The notes under the pieces were generated by a model. The model was not told where the DNA came from. It did no database searches and worked only from the letters and a program-made list of their open reading frames with translations. A DNA stretch of 64,000 bases from an uncultured virus (IMG/VR IMGVR_UViG_3300027782_000076) (lineage: Duplodnaviria > Heunggongvirae > Uroviricota > Caudoviricetes > Crassvirales), in IMG/VR virus record IMGVR_UViG_3300027782_000076. One strand, 5' to 3'. A program made the translations under genes and the position numbers. Below are positions 56,598 through 64,000 of this stretch, in pieces. Position 1 is the first letter of the stretch. Every line of letters begins with the position of its first letter.

Positions 56598-57215
56598 TTA
56601 ATTATTTAAGTGGTTATTATTAATCAGGTAAAAATTATCGGTCACCTCTTGGTTATCCGTGTCAAACTCCTCGATAAGCAAGTCGTAGTTTAACTTATGG
56701 GTGTTGCAAAACTTTAAGTAGTTTTTCAACCCTTGCACGTCGTCCAATTCAAAATGCTTATCAGGCAGAATGTTACTTGGTCTCTTAGGGTCGTCGCACC
56801 TTATCAGGTAGTACATCTCGTATTGATTGCCGTAGTCGTTTATCCACTCGGTAAGCAATTCCCTTGTAACGTAACAGGCATCGGGCGTACCATCGAACAA
56901 TCTTAGCTTGCCGTTCGAATCGTGAGCCATACGCCCTTCCTGCCTCTTATGCAAAATCATTTCGTCTAATACGCTTTGTAGCTCGTGCTTAGATACCTTA
57001 GTTGGCTCGGGGGTATCAATTAGATACGCCCAAGATAACCACACGCTAAGACCATCGTTGTGGTCTCTTCTCGCAATGTACTTCGCATCGTCTTCCGACT
57101 CAGCCTGTACAATACATTTAACCTTCATTAACTCAGGCTCAGCCTTGTCAATGTCTCTCGATGGGTTAACCACTAACTGCATCGAAACTTCGTACTCTTT
57201 TAATTTCTTGTCCAT
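56598..57215 (-). CDS. Hypothetical protein
   Basis: 205-aa early ORF. Confidence 0.65.
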   Translation of the reverse strand: MDKKLKEYEVSMQLVVNPSRDIDKAEPELMKVKCIVQAESEDDAKYIARRDHNDGLSVWLSWAYLIDTPEPTKVSKHELQSVLDEMILHKRQEGRMAHDSNGKLRLFDGTPDACYVTRELLTEWINDYGNQYEMYYLIRCDDPKRPSNILPDKHFELDDVQGLKNYLKFCNTHKLNYDLLIEEFDTDNQEVTDNFYLINNNHLNN

Positions 57216-57228
57216 TTTTTTGGTCTCC

Positions 57229-57537
57229 TTATTTTTGATTTAATTTAATTTTTGTCCATAGAATTTCACAACCGCAACAATTATACACCTCGATTCCGAT
57301 GTACCCGTCTTTCTCTTTGTATTTAAAGTAATCTCGGCTACGACCTACGCAGTAAACACCTTTGTGACCTATTGCGTCAGCCTTGTCAATTTGTATCATC
57401 TCGGTATCTTGGAAATACTCGATGCCGTCAAACATTCCATTGAACCTTGACTTTGTTTCGACGAATAATTCGTCTGCATTTTTAATGAACGACTTTAGCG
57501 TCGCCATCGTGATTTTTTTGTTTTTTAAATTTTCCAT
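57229..57537 (-). CDS. Hypothetical phage protein
   Basis: KITMATLKSFI...SRFNGM.D...GVYCVG.SRDYF...VYNCCG. Confidence 0.7.
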   Translation of the reverse strand: MENLKNKKITMATLKSFIKNADELFVETKSRFNGMFDGIEYFQDTEMIQIDKADAIGHKGVYCVGRSRDYFKYKEKDGYIGIEVYNCCGCEILWTKIKLNQK

Positions 57538-57560
57538 TTTTTTATGGGTTTAAGGGGTTT

Positions 57561-57611
57561 GCCGTTTCGTCCTTTTGGACTCATCAGGTGGGACACTCAT
57601 CCCACGACGTC
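57561..57611 (-). ncRNA. Type III hammerhead ribozyme HH2
   Basis: GACGUC/GUGGGA-UGAGUG-UCCCAC-CUGAUGA-GUCC-AAAA-GGAC-GAAA-CGGC; fully canonical core. Confidence 0.9.
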
Positions 57612-57638
57612 AGGAGCGCCTGAGCGCCCCTGATTTGA

Positions 57639-58043
57639 TTACTCTATCGGGTGAACTTTAATATCATTCTCAACCAATTGCTGAAACCAATTTTTCAACT
57701 CTAAATCAGCGACGTATATCCACGTCGACACCTCACGGGATAGGGCGTTGGTGCTACGCGCCCTGACGTTGCCCTTGCGATTCAATGTTACTTCGTAATT
57801 ACCGATTATTACTTTAAGTTTCTCTTGCTGATGTTTGTTAGCGTGGTTCGGATTGTTAAAGTAAAGTAAATGGTATTTGTACTCCTCAATTTGGTATTGA
57901 TAGGTATATAAATTCTCACCTACTTCGGCAAAGTTTTCTAAGAAATTTGCGTTCAATAATTTTTGCAAATCTTTAACCTTGTACTCCAAATATTTAATTT
58001 GGTTTGTTACTTCTGATGCGATGTCGTTGATGTCTCTTCTCAT
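57639..58043 (-). CDS. Hypothetical protein
   Basis: Early ORF with A-rich leader. Confidence 0.6.
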   Translation of the reverse strand: MRRDINDIASEVTNQIKYLEYKVKDLQKLLNANFLENFAEVGENLYTYQYQIEEYKYHLLYFNNPNHANKHQQEKLKVIIGNYEVTLNRKGNVRARSTNALSREVSTWIYVADLELKNWFQQLVENDIKVHPIE

Positions 58044-58087
58044 TTTTTTTTGGTTTAAATTGTTTCTGATTAAATTGATTAAATTGA

Positions 58088-58369
58088 TTATAATTCCTTA
58101 ACTAAATACTTGTCGTACAACTCTTCCTTGTTCGGTTGTCCTGATACCCAATTGATGTACAGGTAAGGGTCGACGCCATTGCTTAGGATGTGCTTAGCCG
58201 TTAGGATTTTGATGTCCTTAAAGTCGTAATCCATATCCTCGATATCGTACTTCGAGTAGTACAAAATATCTTCCTTGTCCGTTCCCTTGTAGTCCCATCC
58301 ATTTACGATGATGAACGTGCCTTTAAGCACTGCAAAGTGCGTGTACTTTTTTGTTGCTTTGTGTTTCAT
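58088..58369 (-). CDS. Hypothetical protein (first early gene)
   Basis: YTHFAV.K...IVNGWDY; downstream of the candidate early promoter. Confidence 0.65.
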   Translation of the reverse strand: MKHKATKKYTHFAVLKGTFIIVNGWDYKGTDKEDILYYSKYDIEDMDYDFKDIKILTAKHILSNGVDPYLYINWVSGQPNKEELYDKYLVKEL

Positions 58370-58407
58370 TTTTATAGGGGTTTAACAATGCTACCTGCAT
58401 TGGATGT

Positions 58408-58438
58408 GCAATTTACATGCAATACTATTAATATCAAA
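58408..58438 (-). promoter_or_regulatory. Candidate early promoter
   Basis: TTTG-19nt-TAAATTGC, a near match to the Bacteroidota -33/-7 consensus. Confidence 0.45.
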
Positions 58439-58891
58439 ATATTATTTACTTTTTTATTCACTTATTTTAAAAACTCAATGTTTATGCGGGTTTCAGGGGC
58501 GCTCAAGTGATCAAAATTTGTAGTGTTTTGGGTGGTGCAGTAATAACCGCCTTTCTGCGTCTACCTGATAGTTTTTTTGTCCTGTGTTCACATTCATATT
58601 ACCTGAGAGCAGTGCCTTGCGATGTGTCGAATGCGATGCGCAGAGCCACACAAATCACCTGCACCCAATCGACTCTACCTGAGTGCTGCGAACCACTCAT
58701 TCAGGCTCAGGATGCCCACAGGAAAACGCCAAAAAATCCGAGGCGCTCGAGGGAAATCCTGACCCCCCCCCTGCAAAAAAAAATCGTTTCCGTCGCGGGG
58801 GTCGGCTCGCCAAACCGCTATATAGCCCAAACACTACTATCATCTGATATTTTTTTATATCTTTGTATTATTAAACCTTATTATATATCAT

Positions 58892-59119
58892 ATGGATAAT
58901 TTTAAAAACAGTGCGAACCTAAGTGGTTTGACAGTAAAGAACGGTAGATTGATTAACGACAGACCTAATATGGGTATTGCCGGAGTAACTGCTGCTTGTA
59001 TTGCAAGAAAAGAATTAAAGAAGGCTAATAAGATTGAGATGTATGCTGAGGCGGTTGCTATGGGTAACAGAAGGTCTGAAATGTCTGAGGGTCCTGAATT
59101 TGTAAAACTTTTAAAATAA
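58892..59119 (+). CDS. Hypothetical protein
   Basis: Promoter TATCTTTG at 58858-58865; GL.VKNGRLIN. Confidence 0.65.
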   Translation: MDNFKNSANLSGLTVKNGRLINDRPNMGIAGVTAACIARKELKKANKIEMYAEAVAMGNRRSEMSEGPEFVKLLK

Positions 59120-59125
59120 ATAGAA

Positions 59126-59362
59126 ATGGCAAAGCAAACATTAAAGTCAAACGTAAGTCAGAGATTCTCTGATAAAAAAGCAGAGTACACAAGAGATTCT
59201 ACAAAAATGGAAAACTCTATGAAAACAATGGATAGTATTGGCAAGGCAAATAAAAATGCAATGTTATTAAGTCCTCAGGATTCTGATAAATATAAAGCGG
59301 CAAAAGATACTTTCTATGCAGCTGCAGGTAGAACAACCCAAGCAATGAAAAAGAAGAAGTAA
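59126..59362 (+). CDS. Small basic protein
   Basis: K/M-rich ORF. Confidence 0.55.
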   Translation: MAKQTLKSNVSQRFSDKKAEYTRDSTKMENSMKTMDSIGKANKNAMLLSPQDSDKYKAAKDTFYAAAGRTTQAMKKKK

Positions 59363-59505
59363 TGATGGGCGGTAAGGACAGAGGCGATAGTGCCTTTGGT
59401 GTAAAGAAATACTTTCAAGGAGACAAGGGTAAGTCTATATTAGCTGCTAAGGCTGCTAAGGCTAAGAACATAGTCCAATTGAAGAAGCAAGAGTTGATAA
59501 AATAG
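59362..59505 (+). CDS. Small basic protein, 47 aa (not in ORF track)
   Basis: TAATG-coupled; MMGGKDRGDSAF...ELIK*. Confidence 0.45.
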   Translation: MMGGKDRGDSAFGVKKYFQGDKGKSILAAKAAKAKNIVQLKKQELIK

Positions 59506-59537
59506 TATTTGTTTGTTATAGTTATATGTTTTGGTTT

Positions 59538-59570
59538 AGGGGAGTCTTTAGTTAGGCTCCTCTTTTTTTT
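59538..59570 (+). terminator. Intrinsic terminator
   Basis: AGGGGAGTCT/AGGCTCCTCT plus T run. Confidence 0.75.
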
Positions 59571-59770
59571 ATCAAAGTAATAACAATGTTAGAATATCGA
59601 CATTAAGATGTTAGATTTTACGACGATTATTGATAGTTAACTAATTGATTATTAATATACTGTCGATAATGTCAATTTTAAAGTTAGTTTCTAATAGAAA
59701 ATAAATATATAAAAGGAGGAAATATATATATATATATAGGGAGATTAAAAAACGACATAACGACATAAAT

Positions 59771-60358
59771 ATGAAAAACACGCTTGGATGGGCTTTAGCA
59801 ATAGTTTTTGCTATTGCATTACTTAGAAATGGTTGTCACAATGGTGCCAATAATCTAACATTAGACACTGTAAAAATTGACACGCAGTACGTTGAGCTGC
59901 CTGCGCAGACTAAATACATTACTAAATTAGTCCCTAAAACCATAATTAAAAATGATACCATAATTAATACGGTGGTGGATACATCGTACGTAGTAGGAGA
60001 CTATTATGCTACAAAGACCTACGAAGATAGTATAGAGTTTACGGGAGTTAAATTATTTTTAACCGAGCGCATTTCAGAGAATTCTATCCAATCAAGATTG
60101 GCATCACTCAAGATGACACAGGCTCAGATTACTAAGACCAATTATATGATTCATCGTAAGCAGGCATCAATTGGTGTAGGTGGTTCGGTACTGTTTGGTA
60201 AAAAGGGAGTGACCCTATCTGTCGACGGAGTATTTACCCCGGCTTATCAGCCGCACTTTTACTTTGTGGGGTATGATTTAGTGACGGGACAAATGAGAGT
60301 AGGAGCAGCCTTTAAGTTTAATTTGAAGGGCTCAGAGAAGTTTGAACCTGCGCTCTAA
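59771..60358 (+). CDS. Secreted/lipoprotein-like protein (possible spanin component)
   Basis: N-terminal hydrophobic helix with Cys; DT-rich linker; beta-strand C-terminus ending in aromatic residues. Confidence 0.55.
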   Translation: MKNTLGWALAIVFAIALLRNGCHNGANNLTLDTVKIDTQYVELPAQTKYITKLVPKTIIKNDTIINTVVDTSYVVGDYYATKTYEDSIEFTGVKLFLTERISENSIQSRLASLKMTQAQITKTNYMIHRKQASIGVGGSVLFGKKGVTLSVDGVFTPAYQPHFYFVGYDLVTGQMRVGAAFKFNLKGSEKFEPAL

Positions 60359-60725
60359 CCCAATCGGTTAGATATGGAGTATCGGGTCTCACAGAGGCTA
60401 ATATTAGCTCAGACCAAAAGGATATACCATAAGCCATATTCTCATCTAATTCGTCTGCGATGTTTACATTGTGATACTTCAGAACGTACTGCACAAGATG
60501 CGTGACCTCGTGAATAATGTCGCTGATGGTTGCCTCTTGCTTGAGGATAATATAACAAGTATTTAATTTGCCTTCTACGAAGGATGCCACCCAACCGCTG
60601 TAGTCTACCGACTCGTCGTAGTCTGAGTCGTATTGTAAAATTGACGCGGCAATGTCGTTGGTAACGACTACATTAACTTTCGTACCATAGGGTATATAGC
60701 GGTAAGTGGCAATGATATTATTCAT
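60318..60725 (-). CDS. Zincin-like HExxH protein
   Basis: IIHEVTH...DENMAY; start moved to ATG 60725 behind promoter TAATTTTG (60729-60736, minus). Confidence 0.65.
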   Translation of the reverse strand: MNNIIATYRYIPYGTKVNVVVTNDIAASILQYDSDYDESVDYSGWVASFVEGKLNTCYIILKQEATISDIIHEVTHLVQYVLKYHNVNIADELDENMAYGISFWSELILASVRPDTPYLTDWVRAQVQTSLSPSN

Positions 60726-60805
60726 ACCCAAAATTAAGTAAAATATTTTTTGTGTATTAGCGATATTTGTTATATTTGCAAACACACAACATTAAATCAA
60801 ATTAA

Positions 60806-62422
60806 ATGCAAACAGAAAATTTAGGGTACTCCCCGAAGAACTTACAGTTCGACGAGCAGGGTAGGGAAAAATTAGCTAATGGTGTTAAGCTGATGGCGAA
60901 GGCTGTCAAGAGCACATTAGGTCCAAGTGGAAACACGGTGCTAATTGAATCACCAAATCACACACACGGTATTACGGTAACAAAGGACGGGGTAACAGTA
61001 GCAAAGTCTATTGACCTGTTAGACCCTGTAGAAAACCTTGCGGTTAAGATTATGAAGGAGGCGGCAGACAGAACTGCTACGAGTGCCGGTGACGGTACGA
61101 CCACTGCAATTGTGCTAACCGAGGCTTTAGTAATAAATGGTCTTAACTTAATTAACGAGGGTTACAACAGAACAGAAGTATTAAGAGCGTTATCGGACAT
61201 AACCACTAAGGTGGTGGACAAGTTGGTTAAAAAAAGTAAGAAGGTAAGTAACGCAATGTTGTCCGATGTGGCAACTATATCAGCAAACAACGACAAGGAG
61301 ATAGGTAAGATTATCTCTGAGGTATATAAAGAGGTTGGTAAGAACGGTATCGTGACCGTCGAGAGGTCGCAGACTGCGGACACCTATGCTGAAACCACTA
61401 AGGGATTAAAGATTGAGAGAGGTTACTCGTCTCAGCTGTTTATCAATAACCAAAAGAAGGACGAGTGTATATTTGAGGACGTGATGGTAATGGTAGCAGA
61501 TGTGGACATTAGTAACATCTTGCAGATTGAGAACGTATTAAAACCAATTATATCTGAGGGTAAAAAATTACTAATCATTGCACCGTGCTCTACCAATGTG
61601 GTTAACACTATTGCCGCTAACGTAATGAAGAACAACTTAAAGATATGCACAATTCAACCACCGAACTTTGGGTACAAGCAACACGAGCTGATGCAAGATA
61701 TTGCTATTAGCGTCGGAGCCACGTACTTCAGCGAGAAAACCGGAGATGATTTGTCTCATATCAGTTACGCTGATTTAGGTCACGCAAGTAGAGTAATTGT
61801 TGGTAGAGACAGCACGGTACTTGTTAAGTCAACTGCAAAGGCGGACGAAACATTAATTGCTGAGCGCGTTGCACAGCTGTGGGATGCTTACGCAATGGCA
61901 AAGAGAAAGACGGACAAGGACTTTATCTTAGAGAGAATCGCATCACTCACGGGTGGTGTTGGTGTAATCTACGTCGGTGGTAACACTGACTTGGAGCAGA
62001 AGGAATTATTCGATAGAGTAGACGACGCGGTATGCGCGGTACGTTCAGCCTTGGAGGAGGGAATATTGTCGGGAGCGGGTAAGGCATTGTACGAGATTAA
62101 CTGCTCAGAGTTTTTAACAGAAGATGCATCTGACGAATATAAGATTGCGAGTTTAATTATTCAACTTGCAATTGAGTCACCACTAAAACAAATATTAACT
62201 AATGCAGGATTAAGTTCTGAAGATATTTATAGCGGTGAGAAAAAAGAAGGTTGGGGCTATAACCTGAAAGATGGTAAGATGGGAGATTTAATTTCGATGG
62301 GTGTTATTGACCCATTAAAGGTAACGAGAAGCGCACTACAGAATGCAGTCTCAGTTGCAATAACTATACTAAGTACGAATGCTATCATTACGATGTCAAG
62401 GACGTATGAAGCAGGTTCTTAA
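60806..62422 (+). CDS. groEL: Phage-encoded chaperonin GroEL
   Basis: TLGP.G, VTKDGVTVAK, AGDGTTTA, ATISAN, GVIDP.KV.R.ALQNA.S; promoter at 60771-60778. Confidence 0.97.
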   Translation: MQTENLGYSPKNLQFDEQGREKLANGVKLMAKAVKSTLGPSGNTVLIESPNHTHGITVTKDGVTVAKSIDLLDPVENLAVKIMKEAADRTATSAGDGTTTAIVLTEALVINGLNLINEGYNRTEVLRALSDITTKVVDKLVKKSKKVSNAMLSDVATISANNDKEIGKIISEVYKEVGKNGIVTVERSQTADTYAETTKGLKIERGYSSQLFINNQKKDECIFEDVMVMVADVDISNILQIENVLKPIISEGKKLLIIAPCSTNVVNTIAANVMKNNLKICTIQPPNFGYKQHELMQDIAISVGATYFSEKTGDDLSHISYADLGHASRVIVGRDSTVLVKSTAKADETLIAERVAQLWDAYAMAKRKTDKDFILERIASLTGGVGVIYVGGNTDLEQKELFDRVDDAVCAVRSALEEGILSGAGKALYEINCSEFLTEDASDEYKIASLIIQLAIESPLKQILTNAGLSSEDIYSGEKKEGWGYNLKDGKMGDLISMGVIDPLKVTRSALQNAVSVAITILSTNAIITMSRTYEAGS

Positions 62423-62654
62423 TAAAATTATACACGCCTATCCCGAGCAGGAGTTTCTCAAGGCTGACGGTCTTGATGAGGCGGTCATTGGCGTAGAGGA
62501 AGATGAGATGCGATTAGTTTATTCTGTAGATAAATGCATTGAAATTTTTATGAGTCAGGGGATGGAGTACGACGAAGCCTTAGAATTTTTTGATTATAAT
62601 GTACGTGGAGCTTGGATGGGGGATAAAACCCCCATTTGGGTTAAGCTATTATAG
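62379..62654 (+). CDS. Hypothetical phage protein
   Basis: ADGLDEAVIG...VYS..KCI...EALEFF.YN..GAW.G..TP; real start probably MKQVL. Confidence 0.7.
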   Translation: MLSLRCQGRMKQVLNKIIHAYPEQEFLKADGLDEAVIGVEEDEMRLVYSVDKCIEIFMSQGMEYDEALEFFDYNVRGAWMGDKTPIWVKLL

Positions 62655-62918
62655 AAAACATCTATAGGTGGGATTGATAAGATTTAACACCTACAAATAT
62701 TACAAGTGCTGTAATGTCCTGTTTTTTAACGAATTAAGTGGACAAAGTGCATGAAACGTTACTAAAAAATTATGCAAACATTTAACAAGTACCAACAAAA
62801 CAATTAACATTTGTAGCTCAAAAGTGAGCCGTATTGATACGAATTAATACGAATAATGAGCTTTAAAAATCCCAAAATGGGAACTATTTAAAAATTATTT
62901 TTTTTATATCTTTGCTAT

Positions 62919-63167
62919 ATGAAAAAATTAATAACTTGGTTAGGAGAAGTGCTCAAAGATGAGGCAGGAAATCCATCATCAAAGAGAGTTGTAGGTATCA
63001 TATGTGCACTAACGCTTTGCGTTACTATGTACTCTAATTCATTTACCGAGGCGCACTTTGCACCTTCAAGGGAATTAGTTGACGCTGTAGCATTATTAAC
63101 ATTTGGTTGTTTAGGGTTATCCTCGGTAGATAAAATTTGGGGTAAGAAAAAAGAAGGAGAAGAATAA
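62919..63167 (+). CDS. Holin-like two-TM protein
   Basis: SSKRVVG, two TM segments, charged tail; promoter at 62907-62914. Confidence 0.6.
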   Translation: MKKLITWLGEVLKDEAGNPSSKRVVGIICALTLCVTMYSNSFTEAHFAPSRELVDAVALLTFGCLGLSSVDKIWGKKKEGEE

Positions 63168-63454
63168 TGTCGGCTGTTAAAAAAACTGAAGTAAAGGTTC
63201 CTTCGGCAATGCCAATATCATTTGAGCAGTTTAGTAAGGACCCCGTTAAAGGGTTATTATTTATTGTATTGGTTGCAATTGGGTATTTATATGTGGACGG
63301 TAAGATGAATTACACTAAGCAGATAGATAAATGCAACGAGGAGGTGATTGTTCTAAATCAAAAAATAGACAAGTTAACCGAGCACATTAGAAAGAGTGAC
63401 TCTACTTTAGGATATATGATTTCTAAAGTTGAAATGTTACAGATATTAAAATGA
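63167..63454 (+). CDS. Membrane-anchored coiled-coil protein
   Basis: One TM segment followed by heptads. Confidence 0.6.
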   Translation: MSAVKKTEVKVPSAMPISFEQFSKDPVKGLLFIVLVAIGYLYVDGKMNYTKQIDKCNEEVIVLNQKIDKLTEHIRKSDSTLGYMISKVEMLQILK

Positions 63455-63777
63455 GAATAGCAATTATACTTGTACTTTTAATGACTGTTGTGCTTGCGCA
63501 GCCGCCAAAGATGATAGCACCTAAAGAGCAGGAGTTAGAAATTCTTATGCAAAAATCGCAGCAAAGGTTAAAAAAGATTGACGTTCTTACTAAACAGATT
63601 GATAAAATATCTTCAAGTAAAGTCTCAGGAATGAAAGAGAGTATTGAGACATTGCAAGAAGAAAAAGTACAACTAAAAAATGAACTACAAGAAACTAAGG
63701 CTATTGTTGAGTTTAACTCTGCTAATAAGTCTACCCATTTTAACCTTGAGCCAATCGTATCCGACTCAACGAATTGA
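63451..63777 (+). CDS. Signal-anchored coiled-coil protein (i-spanin-like)
   Basis: N-terminal hydrophobic helix plus coiled coil. Confidence 0.55.
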   Translation: MRIAIILVLLMTVVLAQPPKMIAPKEQELEILMQKSQQRLKKIDVLTKQIDKISSSKVSGMKESIETLQEEKVQLKNELQETKAIVEFNSANKSTHFNLEPIVSDSTN

Positions 63778-64000
63778 GGGAAAAGATACGGTGGTTGTAA
63801 TGACCAAGAAGCAGGCTGAGAATATTAATATGGTCTTTAAGAATACAAAGACTCAGATTGATAAACTTAAAATAGAGATTGACTCCATTACTAAGATTAA
63901 GCCTACCTTGGTTAGAGATACGGTGTACAAGCGTGGCTCTATTCTAATTCCAAATGGGAATTACTTACTATATAACTTTAATGAGCAGCAGAATAGGTAC
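63680..64000 (+). CDS. Secreted protein overlapping the upstream gene, 3' truncated
   Basis: MNYKKLRLLLSLTLLISLPILTLSQSYP..., open to the window end. Confidence 0.55.
   Translation, partial: MNYKKLRLLLSLTLLISLPILTLSQSYPTQRIEGKDTVVVMTKKQAENINMVFKNTKTQIDKLKIEIDSITKIKPTLVRDTVYKRGSILIPNGNYLLYNFNEQQNRY

Noticed and set aside
58507..58899. 130-aa ORF from the track
   Set aside because: GTG start without a typical leader, atypical composition, and it runs over the promoter of the next gene; probably non-coding
1..64000. Stop-codon reassignment or prophage integration
   Set aside because: Genes are full length in the standard code with dense packing; no integrase, att site or host genes seen

Overview
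All of the window is tailed-phage DNA. The host is almost certainly Bacteroidota: TAnnTTTG promoters precede most operons and leaders are AT-rich without Shine-Dalgarno sites. There are two separate head-assembly modules. Segment A (about 1-6.45 kb) has a TerL C-terminus, HK97 portal, MuF-like protein, prohead protease and HK97 capsid. Segment B (about 6.5-64 kb) is podophage-like: lysis genes, tandem GroES, TerS/TerL, a large portal, scaffold, capsid, tail ring/muzzle-like genes, ejection proteins, a 3825-aa multidomain virion protein, a minus-strand early/replication arm (SNF2 helicase, primase-helicase, SSB, RecE-like, Sak) and GroEL. CCAG/CTGG is common in A and I found none after 6447, so the A/B junction probably lies inside the tail-fibre gene; it could be natural recombination or an assembly chimera. 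The most striking unannotated signal is an RNA layer on the early strand: two type III hammerhead ribozymes upstream of early genes, an anticodon-less tRNA-like minihelix, and a T4 gene-32-like H-type pseudoknot in front of the SSB gene. Also present are a dispersed 16-bp palindrome, a duplicated origin-like element and SKAQ-bounded cassettes in the giant protein. All calls come from manual reading; no searches were run.
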